NCBI RefSeq assembly: GCF_044792175.1
Contig: NZ_CP172866.1
Source: Corallococcus coralloides
Lineage (GTDB): Bacteria > Myxococcota > Myxococcia > Myxococcales > Myxococcaceae
DNA: 64,000 nucleotides
Strand: one strand, 5' to 3'
The notes under the pieces were generated by a model. That model searched no databases and was not told where the DNA came from. It saw nothing but the letters and a program-made list of their open reading frames with translations. Below, piece by piece: positions 55,860 to 64,000 of the stretch. Position 1 is the stretch's first letter, and each line of letters starts with the position of its first letter. Both the position numbers and the translations under genes were made by a program.

Positions 55860-56924
55860 TCAGGTCCTCCGTCCGCGCGCATCCACGCGCCGCGCCAGCT
55901 CCGGGGCCAGCGCCTCCAGGGGCACCACGGCATCCGCGAGCCCCGCCTGTTCCACCGCGCCCGGCATGCTGCCGGCGACGCAGCTTGCCTGGTCCTGCAC
56001 CACCACCTGTCCGCCCGCCTCGTTCACGCGCCGGCAGCCGCGCAGCCCGTCCTGGCCCATGCCGGTGAGCACCACCGCCAGCACCCCCGCGCCGTACACC
56101 TCCGCCGCGGAGCGGAAGAGCAGGTCCACCGCCGGGCGGCACGCGTTCTCCGCCGGCCCCTGGTGCGTGTGCAGCCGCACGCCCGCGGCATCCCGGCACA
56201 CGGCCAGGTGGAAGTCGCCGGGAGCGACCCACACCTCGCCCGCGTTCACGGCCGCGCCCGGCACCGCCTCGCGCACGGTGAGCGGCGTCACCCCCTGCAA
56301 CCGCTCCGCGAGCAGCCGGGTGAAGACGGGAGGCATGTGCTGCACGATGAACACCGGCACCGGCAGGTCCGCGGGCAGCGCGGACACCAGGCGCACCAGC
56401 GCGCCCGGGCCCCCGGTGGATGCGCCGACGACGATGGCCTCCACCCGAGCGGGCATCCTCGGCCGGAGCGGGAGCTCGCGCGTCACCGGTGACAGTGGAG
56501 ACGCGGCGGAGGGCGTGCGCACGTTCAGCGCCTTGAGCTTGCGCACCAGTTCGTCGCGCACGGCCTCCAGGGGGATGTTCATCCCGCCCGCGGACGTGGG
56601 CTTCGTCACGTAGTCGCGGGCCCCCAGCGCGAGCGCCTCCAGGGTCAACAGGCCCGCGCGTTCGGTGAGCGCGCTGAACATCACCACGGGCAGCTCCGGG
56701 GCGCGCTGGCGCAGGAGCTTCAGCGTCTCCAGCCCGTCCAGCTCCGGCATCTCCAGGTCCAACAGCACGACGTCGGGTTGGAACTGCTCCACCTTCGCCA
56801 GGGCGATGCGGCCATTGGGCGCGGTGGCGACGACCTCCAGGCCCGGCGCCGTGCCCAGCAGCAGCGACACCTGACGCCGCACCACGGCCGCGTCGTCCAC
56901 GACCAATACCCGGATGGCGTTCAT
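55860..56924 (-). CDS. cheB: Chemotaxis response regulator protein-glutamate methylesterase CheB
   Basis: The receiver domain (IRVLVVDDAAVVRR..VLLDLEMPELDG) is joined to the methylesterase domain (IVVGASTGGPGAL.., IVQHMPP.FT, GMGQDG). ATG at 56924. Confidence 0.85.
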   Translation of the reverse strand: MNAIRVLVVDDAAVVRRQVSLLLGTAPGLEVVATAPNGRIALAKVEQFQPDVVLLDLEMPELDGLETLKLLRQRAPELPVVMFSALTERAGLLTLEALALGARDYVTKPTSAGGMNIPLEAVRDELVRKLKALNVRTPSAASPLSPVTRELPLRPRMPARVEAIVVGASTGGPGALVRLVSALPADLPVPVFIVQHMPPVFTRLLAERLQGVTPLTVREAVPGAAVNAGEVWVAPGDFHLAVCRDAAGVRLHTHQGPAENACRPAVDLLFRSAAEVYGAGVLAVVLTGMGQDGLRGCRRVNEAGGQVVVQDQASCVAGSMPGAVEQAGLADAVVPLEALAPELARRVDARGRRT

Positions 56925-56935
56925 TCGCACCCGCG

Positions 56936-57271
56936 TCACCGCACCGCGTGCGCGACCGGGCAGCGGCCCGCGGGGGGGCTGGAGGCCCTCTCGCCATACA
57001 CCTCGTGGCGCGGCCGGCTCGCGAGGATGGCGCTGGCGCCCCAGTCCGTCACGCGGTGGAAGGCCTCGGACGCGATGAAGGCGTCGAAGCCCTCGCGGCT
57101 GTGCCACTCGGAGACGATGAGGTAGCGCCCCGGCGCCCCCACGCTCTTGAACAGCTCCGTGTGCACGTGCGCAGGCAGCTCGCGCATCGCCTCCTGCACG
57201 AGCGCGAACTTCCGCTCGAAGGCCTCCGCCTTGCCCTCACGCACCTCGTAGTTCATGCCGATGGTGACCAT
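56936..57271 (-). CDS. ABM-like (antibiotic biosynthesis monooxygenase fold) small protein embedded in che operon
   Basis: 111 aa with the ferredoxin-like ABM pattern (MVTIGMNYEVREGKAEAFE..., YLIVSEWHSREGFDAF). Confidence 0.55.
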   Translation of the reverse strand: MVTIGMNYEVREGKAEAFERKFALVQEAMRELPAHVHTELFKSVGAPGRYLIVSEWHSREGFDAFIASEAFHRVTDWGASAILASRPRHEVYGERASSPPAGRCPVAHAVR

Positions 57272-57293
57272 CCGTCACCTCCTTGTCCGTGTG

Positions 57294-58823
57294 TCATTCG
57301 AGCCAGACCCGGACACGCCGCTGGCCCTCGTCCAGGTGGAACAACTCCGATGGCCGCAGCCCCGCCGCGACCGCCGCGGTCCCCATGGCCACCGGATCCA
57401 GGCCCCGCGCCGCCAGCTTGCGAGGCAGGTCCTCCGGCAGCAGGTCCTCCAGGTGCGCCGTCACGTCCGCGCGGAAGGTCAGCGCGACGCGCGTGTGCCC
57501 TCCCTCCGTCACCTGGACCTTCAGGTAGCGCGCGGCGCCCTCCGCCCGAACTTCAGGCGGTGACGGTGGAGGCGGCAGCGATGGGGCGCGGGCCTCGTCC
57601 AGCAGCGGCCCCCAGGCGATGGGCACATCCAGCACGTCCAGGTGGCGGACCAGCCCGTGGAACGCGCGCAGGACGAACAGGAGCGACGCGGGCCCCGCCG
57701 CGCGGAAGTTCCAGCGGTGCGGCCCCAGCGCCTCGGTGAGCCGCGCGCCCAGCCGCCAGCTTCGCGCGTGGAAGGGGCGGTCCAGGAGGAAGGGCTCCAG
57801 CAGCACGCGGCTGACGGCGGGCAGCGCCTCCGCCATGGGCTCCAGCAGCTCCGGCGCGAATCCCAGCATCACCCACGCGGGCAGGAGCTGCTCGGGGCGC
57901 GGCGGAGTGCCCGGACCCTTGAGGAGCGTAATCAACCGCCCCAACCCCACGGCCAGCTCCGGCGGCAGTGGCTTCACACAGCCGAAGTCGAGCACCCCCA
58001 GCACGGGCTTGCCGTCAGGGCCGCGCGACACGCGGTAGTTGCCCGGGTGAGGATCCGCGTGGAGCGCGCCCCACGTGAAGCAGCCGTGGAGGAACAGCCG
58101 CACCAGCGTCGTGGACAGCGCGCGGCGATCCGCTTCGCTCCAGCGCCAGCCCTCCGCCAGCGACGCGCCCTCCACCCAGGTCATCACCAGCAGGTCTTCC
58201 CGCGTGAGCGCGTCCACCGGCTCGGGGATGACGACGCCGGGCACGTCCGCCATGCGCGTGCCCGCGTCCCGCAGGGACTGGGCTTCGTGGTGATAGTCCA
58301 GCTCGCCCTGGAGCATGCGGGCCAGCTCGTGGCGGTAGGCGGAAAGGTCCAGCTTCCCGCGCCAGCCTCCCAGCGGCGCGGCCAGCCACCCCAGTGCGCG
58401 CAGATCCTCCCGCACGGCCTCCGCGATGCCCGGGTGCCGCAGCTTCACGGCCACGGCGCGGCCGTCATGCAGCACGCCCCGGTGCACCTGGCCCAGGGAC
58501 GCGGCGATGCCCACGCCCTCTAGCGACTGAAACACCTCCCGCCACGGGCGGCCCAACCGGCGGGACACCTCCGCCAGCGCGGCCTCCGGCGCGAGCGGGG
58601 AGGGCGCCTCCGCGAGCGAACCGAACCCCGGTGTCTCCGCGCCCAGCTCCGCGAGCGTGAGCACCTGGCCCACCTTCTGGGGCAGCCCGCGCAGGCCCAA
58701 CAGCCGCTGGGCCAGCTCATGCCGAGCCTCTTCCACGTCCAGGGGCCGGGACACCCGCTTCATGCGCGTGGAGGCACGGGCCACCTGGCCCAGCGCCCAC
58801 CATCGCTTCAGTCCGGTTCGCAT
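57294..58823 (-). CDS. ABC1/UbiB-family atypical protein kinase
   Basis: ASLGQVHRG...DGRAVAVKLRHPGI (ABC1 A-rich loop/VAIK-like) and HADPHPGN (catalytic loop). Confidence 0.8.
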   Translation of the reverse strand: MRTGLKRWWALGQVARASTRMKRVSRPLDVEEARHELAQRLLGLRGLPQKVGQVLTLAELGAETPGFGSLAEAPSPLAPEAALAEVSRRLGRPWREVFQSLEGVGIAASLGQVHRGVLHDGRAVAVKLRHPGIAEAVREDLRALGWLAAPLGGWRGKLDLSAYRHELARMLQGELDYHHEAQSLRDAGTRMADVPGVVIPEPVDALTREDLLVMTWVEGASLAEGWRWSEADRRALSTTLVRLFLHGCFTWGALHADPHPGNYRVSRGPDGKPVLGVLDFGCVKPLPPELAVGLGRLITLLKGPGTPPRPEQLLPAWVMLGFAPELLEPMAEALPAVSRVLLEPFLLDRPFHARSWRLGARLTEALGPHRWNFRAAGPASLLFVLRAFHGLVRHLDVLDVPIAWGPLLDEARAPSLPPPPSPPEVRAEGAARYLKVQVTEGGHTRVALTFRADVTAHLEDLLPEDLPRKLAARGLDPVAMGTAAVAAGLRPSELFHLDEGQRRVRVWLE

Positions 58824-58857
58824 GTGCCGTGGCTCCGTGGGCCTGACGCCGTCCGCG

Positions 58858-60960
58858 CTACTTCGTCCGCGCCTGCTTGTCGGTCGTGTCCACCTGCACG
58901 ACCAGCCGTTGCAGCGACTGCGCCATGTGGGCCAGCTCCACCGCCGAACGCTGCGTGCTGCCCGCGCCCTCGGTGGTGCTGCGCGCCGCCTCCGCCACGG
59001 CGGCCATGTTCTCGGAGATCTGCTGGCTGCCCTTGGCGGCCTCGCCCACGTTGCGCAGGATTTCTCCCGCGGTGGCCGTCTGCTCCTCCACGGAGGAGGC
59101 GATGGACGTCTGCAGCTCGTTGATGCGGCCGATGGTGGCGCCGATCTCCAGGATGGCGTTGACCACCTCCTCGGTGTCGCCCTGGATGCTGCCGATCTTC
59201 TGGCCGATGTCCTCCGTGGCGCGGGCCGTCTCGCGCGCCAACTCCTTCACCTCGTTGGCCACCACCGCGAAGCCCCGGCCCGCCTCACCGGCGCGCGCCG
59301 CCTCGATGGTCGCGTTGAGCGCCAGCAGGTTCGTCTGCTGCGCGATGGAGGTGATGACCTTGATGACCTTGCCGATCTCCTGGCTGCTCGTCCCCAGCTT
59401 GCCGACGACGCTGGACGTGGAGTCCGCGAGCTTCACCGCGGACGCGGCCACCTTGGCGGCGGTGCTCGCGTTGCGCGCCACCTCGCGGATGTTCGCGTTG
59501 ACCTCCTCCATGCCGGACGCGACGCTCTGCACGTTGCGGCTGACCTGTTCGGCGCCGGCGGACACCTGGGTGGCCTGCGCCGCGGTCTCCTGCGCGTTGC
59601 TCACCATCTGCTGGCTGACGCTGGACAGCTCCTGCGACGACGCGGCGAGCGTCTGCGAGTGCTGCGTCACCTCCTGGAAGATGCCGCGCAGGGTGGCGTC
59701 CAGCTCCTTCTCGCGCTGCTGCACCGCGAGCTTCTCCGTGATGAGCTCCCACGTCACCATGGGGCCCAGGTAGCGGCCCTGGCCGTCGTACACCGCCGTC
59801 ACCAGCAGGTCCGCGGTCTCCGGGCCAATGGGGATGTTCGCGCGCACCGGCAGGTTCTTGTCGTTGGCCAGGATCTTCCGCTGGTACGTCGAGTCGCGGT
59901 GGAAGACGTCGATGCTGGACCCCAGCACCCGGTCCGCCGTGACGGGTAGGTGCTTCTCCACGCGCTGCAACAGCCGGCGCGAGGCGGGGTTCAGGTAGAC
60001 GATCTTCAGGTCCACGTCCGCCACCATCACGCAGGTGGGCGCGTTCTCCAGCATGGCCCTGAGGCGAGCCATCTCCGTGTCCGCGCGCTGCTGGTCCGTG
60101 ATGTCCGTCCACGTCACCACGTAGCCGGTGAGCGCGCCGCCCCGGCCCTCGATGCCGTCGATGCGCGCCTTGAGCAGGGTGGGGCCCACCGCGAAGTGGG
60201 TCTCGTGCGGCAGCGACGACGGGTCGCTCAGCCGCTCCTCCTCCAGCCGCAACTGGTGCTCGAAGTGGGCGAGGAAGTCGCTGCCCCCGTCCCCCGCGCC
60301 GTCGCGGAAGGCGGCCGTCTGGCTGATGCGCTCGATGGCCTCCGACGCGGACGCGTTCGAGAAGACGATGGCCAGGTCCGCGTCCAGGACGAACAGGTTG
60401 ACCCGCGCCGCGTCCAGCACCGCCTCGCTCAGCGCCCCTTCGAGCGGCGTGGCCGTGCGGCGGCGCGAGGACCGGCCCGCGGGCGCGGACGCCACGGCGA
60501 CCCGGCGTCCCTCCGTCCGGGAGGCGCGCGCCGGAGCACGCTTCACGGCGGCGGTCCGCGAGGCGGCCTTCGCCACGGGCCTGCCCACGCCGGCATCCCG
60601 CGACGAGCCCGCGGCCGCCAGCACCTCGCGGGCGACGGGCCCCGGCACGTCCAGCTCATCCAGCACGCTGGCCAGGTGCTCGGTGACGCGCTCGAAGTGA
60701 TGGGGCTTGAGCTCCAGGCGCGCGTGCAGGTCGCGCATGGACGGGCCCTTGTAGACGGCCGTTCCGCCCAGGAACCGGGTGAGGAACGCGACCATCTGGC
60801 GCTGAATCTCGACCAGGTCCTCGCGGCGGAAGTAGGGCTTGAGCAGCGCGTCCGTCATGACCCGCGCGTAGAGCCTCTGCACGGCGGCCGTCAGGGGGGC
60901 CTTGCCGCCCAGGCGCTGGAAGGGAGTGGTTTTCACGGCGGGCGCGGTCGGGCGGGCCAT
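58858..60960 (-). CDS. Soluble chemoreceptor: N-terminal truncated hemoglobin (group I 2/2 globin) - PAS - PAS - methyl-accepting (MCP) signalling domain
   Basis: Residues ~10-125 ([33 protein letters not shown]...FLGG...[27 protein letters not shown]) align to trHbN. They carry the GG motif, B10 Tyr and proximal His. There is no TM segment. The C-terminus has the MCP highly conserved domain (...[32 protein letters not shown]...). ATG at 60960 overlaps the cheW stop. Confidence 0.8.
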   Translation of the reverse strand: MARPTAPAVKTTPFQRLGGKAPLTAAVQRLYARVMTDALLKPYFRREDLVEIQRQMVAFLTRFLGGTAVYKGPSMRDLHARLELKPHHFERVTEHLASVLDELDVPGPVAREVLAAAGSSRDAGVGRPVAKAASRTAAVKRAPARASRTEGRRVAVASAPAGRSSRRRTATPLEGALSEAVLDAARVNLFVLDADLAIVFSNASASEAIERISQTAAFRDGAGDGGSDFLAHFEHQLRLEEERLSDPSSLPHETHFAVGPTLLKARIDGIEGRGGALTGYVVTWTDITDQQRADTEMARLRAMLENAPTCVMVADVDLKIVYLNPASRRLLQRVEKHLPVTADRVLGSSIDVFHRDSTYQRKILANDKNLPVRANIPIGPETADLLVTAVYDGQGRYLGPMVTWELITEKLAVQQREKELDATLRGIFQEVTQHSQTLAASSQELSSVSQQMVSNAQETAAQATQVSAGAEQVSRNVQSVASGMEEVNANIREVARNASTAAKVAASAVKLADSTSSVVGKLGTSSQEIGKVIKVITSIAQQTNLLALNATIEAARAGEAGRGFAVVANEVKELARETARATEDIGQKIGSIQGDTEEVVNAILEIGATIGRINELQTSIASSVEEQTATAGEILRNVGEAAKGSQQISENMAAVAEAARSTTEGAGSTQRSAVELAHMAQSLQRLVVQVDTTDKQARTK

Positions 60961-61448
60961 CAGCGGGGCTCCTGGGCAAGCACGGGGAAGGAAGGGGAGG
61001 CGGGAGCGCTGGACGCGGGCGAGAGCCCGTCCACCACCGCGTCCGCGGACAACACGAGCAGCAGCCGGTCCGGCAGCGCGTGGACCCCCAGCAGCAGCGA
61101 GCGCAGCGGCCCGCGCAGGTTGTCCGGCAGCGGCGCCAGGTCCGACTGCTCGAAGGGGAGGATGTCGCCAATGGCATCCACGCGAAGGCTCACCGCGCCT
61201 TCGTCGCCGCGCAGGACGACGTGGGGCGCGTCCGCGGGGGCGGTGCCCTCGGGCAGGTCCAGGCGGCGGCGCAGGTCGATGGCGGGGACGATCTGCCCGC
61301 GCAGGTTGAGCAGCCCCGCCACCTCCGGCGGCGCGCCGGGGACGCGCGTGAGCGGCGGCGGCAGCAGGATCTCCTGCACGCGTTCGATGTCCAGGCCGAA
61401 CAGGTGCTCGCCCACCTGGAACGAGCACAGTTGCCGGAGGCCGCTCAT
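60960..61448 (-). CDS. cheW: Chemotaxis coupling protein CheW
   Basis: 162 aa with the CheW-like domain ([19 protein letters not shown]...[15 protein letters not shown]). ATG at 61448 overlaps the cheA stop (ATGA). Confidence 0.8.
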   Translation of the reverse strand: MSGLRQLCSFQVGEHLFGLDIERVQEILLPPPLTRVPGAPPEVAGLLNLRGQIVPAIDLRRRLDLPEGTAPADAPHVVLRGDEGAVSLRVDAIGDILPFEQSDLAPLPDNLRGPLRSLLLGVHALPDRLLLVLSADAVVDGLSPASSAPASPSFPVLAQEPR

Positions 61449-63583
61449 GGCGCACCGCCGGTCAGCAGCTCCGGGTGCACGGCGCGCACGGTGCCCTCCA
61501 CGTCCAGGAACTCGGTGGCCCGGGCCTGCACCACCATGGAGCCCAGCACGCCCGGACGGCGCGTCTCCCGCTGGAGCGCGAGCTCCACCTCCGCGACGTC
61601 GAGGATGGCGTCCACCACCAGCCCCACGCGCGCGTCCGCGTGCTGGGTGACGACGACGGACAGCGACTCGCCCGGGGCGGCCTGGAGCTGCCGTGCCATC
61701 CGCTCCGTCGCGCCGGGCGTCGCCTCCAGCACGGACGCCACGCGCACCAGCGGCAGCAGTTGCCCGTGGTAGCGCGCCATCTCCATGCCGCCGCTCAGCC
61801 GCTCCACGTCCGAGGCGGGCAGCTCCTCCAGCCGGGCCACGCGCGACAGGGGAATCGCCACCCGGCCCTCCGCGCCATGGCGGCACAGCAGCACCCGCTC
61901 GCGCGTCTCCTCCGGCGCCGGTGCCTCCACGGCGGCCTCCGGGATGACGACCTGGGCCTGGGCCTCGTTGACGGTGCCCACGCGGCGGCCCAGGCCCATG
62001 GCGTCCAGGATGAGCGCCACGCGCCCGTCGCCCAGCACCGTCGCGCCCGCGTAGCAGGCCAGCCCCTTCAGGTGCTTCCACAGCGGCTTGACGACGATCT
62101 CCTCCGTGTCGTGGATGGCGTCCACCCACAGCCCGAAGGCGCACTCGCCCGCCTGGAGCACGACGACGGTGGCGCCCTCGTCCAGGTCCGGCATCGCCGG
62201 CCCCACGCCCAGCTCGGCGGCGAGCACCCCCAGCGGCAGCAGCTCCCCGCGCAGCCGCAGCACGCAAGCGCCCTGGAGGCGGGTGATGTCCCTGCGCGCC
62301 TGGGCCGGCTCCAGGAACACCACCTCTCGCAGGGAGGCCTGCGGAAGCGCGTAGCGGTCTCCCCGGCAGGTGACGAGCAGCGCCGGGATGATGGCCAGCG
62401 TGAGGGGAATCTTCAGGGTGAACGTGGTGCCCTGACCGGGCCGGCTGTGCACCTCCACGGTGCCGCCAATGCGCTCCACCTGCGTGCGCACCACGTCCAT
62501 GCCCACGCCCCGGCCGGACAAGGACGTGACGCGCTCCGCGGTGCTGAAGCCCGGCATGAAGATGAGCATCAGCGCGTCCGCGTCCGGCAGCCGCGCCGCC
62601 TGGTCGGCCGTGAGCAGGCCCCGCTGCACCGCGACCTGCCGCACGCGCTGCACGTCGATGCCCGCGCCGTCATCGGACATGCCCAGGTGCACGAGCCCGC
62701 CCTCGTGCGACGCGCTCAGCGTCAGGCACCCCACGGGCGGCTTGCCGGCGGCGCGGCGCTGCTCGGGCGTCTCCACGCCGTGGTCCACGGCGTTGCGCAG
62801 CAGGTGGGTGAGCGGATCATGCAGCGCCTCCACCAGCGTCTTGTCCAGCTCCGTGTCCGCGCCCTGCAGTTGCAGCCGCACCTGCTTGCCGCACCCGTGC
62901 GCCAGCTCGCGCACCAGCCGGGGGAAGCGGTTCCACACCTGCCCCACCGGCTGGAGCCGCGTCTTCATCACCACCTGCTGCACCTGCGTGGTGACGACGT
63001 CCAGCCGCTGCGACGCGGTCGTCAGGTCCGCGCCCGGCGTGGGCGAGGCCGCGCACTGGAGGATGCGGTTGCGCGCCAGCACCAGCTCGCCCATCAGGTT
63101 CATCAACCGGTCCAGCAGCGCCACGTCCACGCGCAGCTTGGAGTCCACCCCGGTCGCGGCGCCGCGCCAGGGCAGGGCGCCCGGAGGCGCCAGGGGCTCG
63201 GACACCTCCAGCGGCGCGGAGCCCGCCGCCGCGCCCGCCATGCGCGCGAGCAGCGCGGAGTGGTCCACCGCGGGCTCCAGCCCCGTCGCCTCGATGTGCT
63301 CCAGCGCCCCGCGCGCCGCGTCCGCCAGCGCCAGCAGCGTGGACACGCGCTCGCGGTCCAGCACCAGGCGCCGGTCGCGCGCCAGCCCGAGCATCTCCTC
63401 GGCGGCGTGCATCAGCGCCTCCAGGCGGCTGAAGCCCAGGAAGCCGCAGGTGCCCTTCACCGTGTGCAGGGCCCGGAACAACTGCGCCAGCAACGGCTGC
63501 GAGCCCGGCTGCGCCTCCAGCTCCAGCACCGTCGCCTCGATGGCCTGCACGTGCTCGCGGGACTCCAGGAGGAACTCCCGCAT
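61445..63583 (-). CDS. cheA: Chemotaxis histidine kinase CheA (two C-terminal CheW-like domains)
   Basis: Hpt domain with HTVKG, dimerisation domain, HATPase (N/G1/F/G2 boxes: [24 protein letters not shown]), and two CheW-like domains. ATG at 63583. Confidence 0.85.
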   Translation of the reverse strand: MREFLLESREHVQAIEATVLELEAQPGSQPLLAQLFRALHTVKGTCGFLGFSRLEALMHAAEEMLGLARDRRLVLDRERVSTLLALADAARGALEHIEATGLEPAVDHSALLARMAGAAAGSAPLEVSEPLAPPGALPWRGAATGVDSKLRVDVALLDRLMNLMGELVLARNRILQCAASPTPGADLTTASQRLDVVTTQVQQVVMKTRLQPVGQVWNRFPRLVRELAHGCGKQVRLQLQGADTELDKTLVEALHDPLTHLLRNAVDHGVETPEQRRAAGKPPVGCLTLSASHEGGLVHLGMSDDGAGIDVQRVRQVAVQRGLLTADQAARLPDADALMLIFMPGFSTAERVTSLSGRGVGMDVVRTQVERIGGTVEVHSRPGQGTTFTLKIPLTLAIIPALLVTCRGDRYALPQASLREVVFLEPAQARRDITRLQGACVLRLRGELLPLGVLAAELGVGPAMPDLDEGATVVVLQAGECAFGLWVDAIHDTEEIVVKPLWKHLKGLACYAGATVLGDGRVALILDAMGLGRRVGTVNEAQAQVVIPEAAVEAPAPEETRERVLLCRHGAEGRVAIPLSRVARLEELPASDVERLSGGMEMARYHGQLLPLVRVASVLEATPGATERMARQLQAAPGESLSVVVTQHADARVGLVVDAILDVAEVELALQRETRRPGVLGSMVVQARATEFLDVEGTVRAVHPELLTGGAP

Positions 63584-63788
63584 CACGTCATCCCAGCCCG
63601 GAGTGTCACCCACGGACAGGCGCCCTCTGGACGGAAGTCCACGCGGACTGTATGTCTTTGATGATACGGCTTTGACCGGCGCTGCCCATGGGCAACGGCC
63701 CCCCCGACCCACAGGACTCCGGAGTCGAAATCACAGCATCCTCCAACGTCAACGGCGTGAAACCTGTCCCGGAGGGAAGGGTCCCTGC

Positions 63789-64000
63789 TTAGAAGAACAG
63801 GCGAAGCAGGTCGTACCGGGTCTCCGCGCCCAGCTTCCGGAGCAGGTTGGCCTGGTGGAACTTCACCGTGCGCTCGGTAATCCCTAGCACCGTCGAAATG
63901 TCGGTGGGCGAGCGGCCGAGCGCGAGATATCGCAAGACATCTCCCTCCCGCTCGGACAGCCGCGCGGCGTTCGCCATGCGCCGCACCTTCGCCTCGAAGA
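63789..64000 (-). CDS. LuxR/FixJ-type HTH regulator, 5'-partial (N-terminus beyond window end)
   Basis: LSEREGDVLRYLALGRSPTDISTVLGITERTVKFHQANLLRKLG is a LuxR HTH. The frame stays open to position 64000. It is the likely response regulator of this che operon. Confidence 0.55.
   Translation of the reverse strand, partial: FEAKVRRMANAARLSEREGDVLRYLALGRSPTDISTVLGITERTVKFHQANLLRKLGAETRYDLLRLFF

Noticed and set aside
1-64000. CRISPR arrays, tRNA/rRNA genes, transposases/integrases
   Set aside because: Nothing in the window fits these. No short direct-repeat/spacer periodicity was seen, no cloverleaf-like segments, and no DDE/tyrosine-recombinase signatures in any frame.

Overview
This is a high-GC (about 70%) chromosomal segment with myxobacterial character (Myxococcus/Corallococcus-like codon usage, many eukaryote-like and secreted-hydrolase genes). 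All coordinates are derived from the supplied ORF track plus manual start-codon adjustment; starts may be off by a few codons, and no database search was run.

The window opens with the distal end of a Tad-like secretion/pilus locus:
- a secretin C-terminus
- a CpaF-type ATPase carrying an N-terminal FHA domain
- two further FHA proteins

DNA polymerase I (polA) follows. Then comes a minus-strand cell-division-associated block:
- RDD-family protein
- SpoIIM/DUF95-like protein
- HEAT-repeat protein
- DivIVA
- YggU (DUF167)
- a membrane metallopeptidase

The middle of the window is accessory-like and holds the most unusual content:
- an orphan MbtH-like gene (14416..14643)
- a tandem cNMP-binding protein (19075..19971), divergent from a two-domain protein (20185..21180) whose C-terminus has the nucleoside 2-deoxyribosyltransferase/SLOG/TIR-like catalytic motif
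- a strongly expressed-looking small secreted 6-Cys peptide (30297..30521) with its own terminator, upstream of a possible immunity-like gene
- a clear homolog of the eukaryotic major vault protein (30867..33134)
- a LysM plus C39-like peptidase (34358..35971)
- a three-fold tandem-repeat secreted protein (42125..43015)
- a Fic-family gene followed by two overlapping paralogs (52077..53958)

The window ends with a complete chemosensory operon on the minus strand: a 5'-truncated LuxR-type regulator, CheA, CheW, a soluble truncated-hemoglobin-PAS-MCP receptor, an ABC1 kinase, an ABM protein, CheB and CheR.

Numerous secreted hydrolases are interspersed:
- prolyl oligopeptidase
- PBP4/DacB
- aminopeptidase N
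- a beta-helix protein
- a Kelch/PKD lipoprotein

The remaining genes are housekeeping or regulatory:
- proC
- PhzF
- Hsp20
- cytochrome P450 with ABM monooxygenase and an ArsR regulator
- LysR regulator
- SDR oxidoreductase
- phenylalanine-hydroxylase-like enzyme
- diacylglycerol-kinase-like kinase

No rRNA, tRNA, CRISPR array or transposase/integrase was seen.
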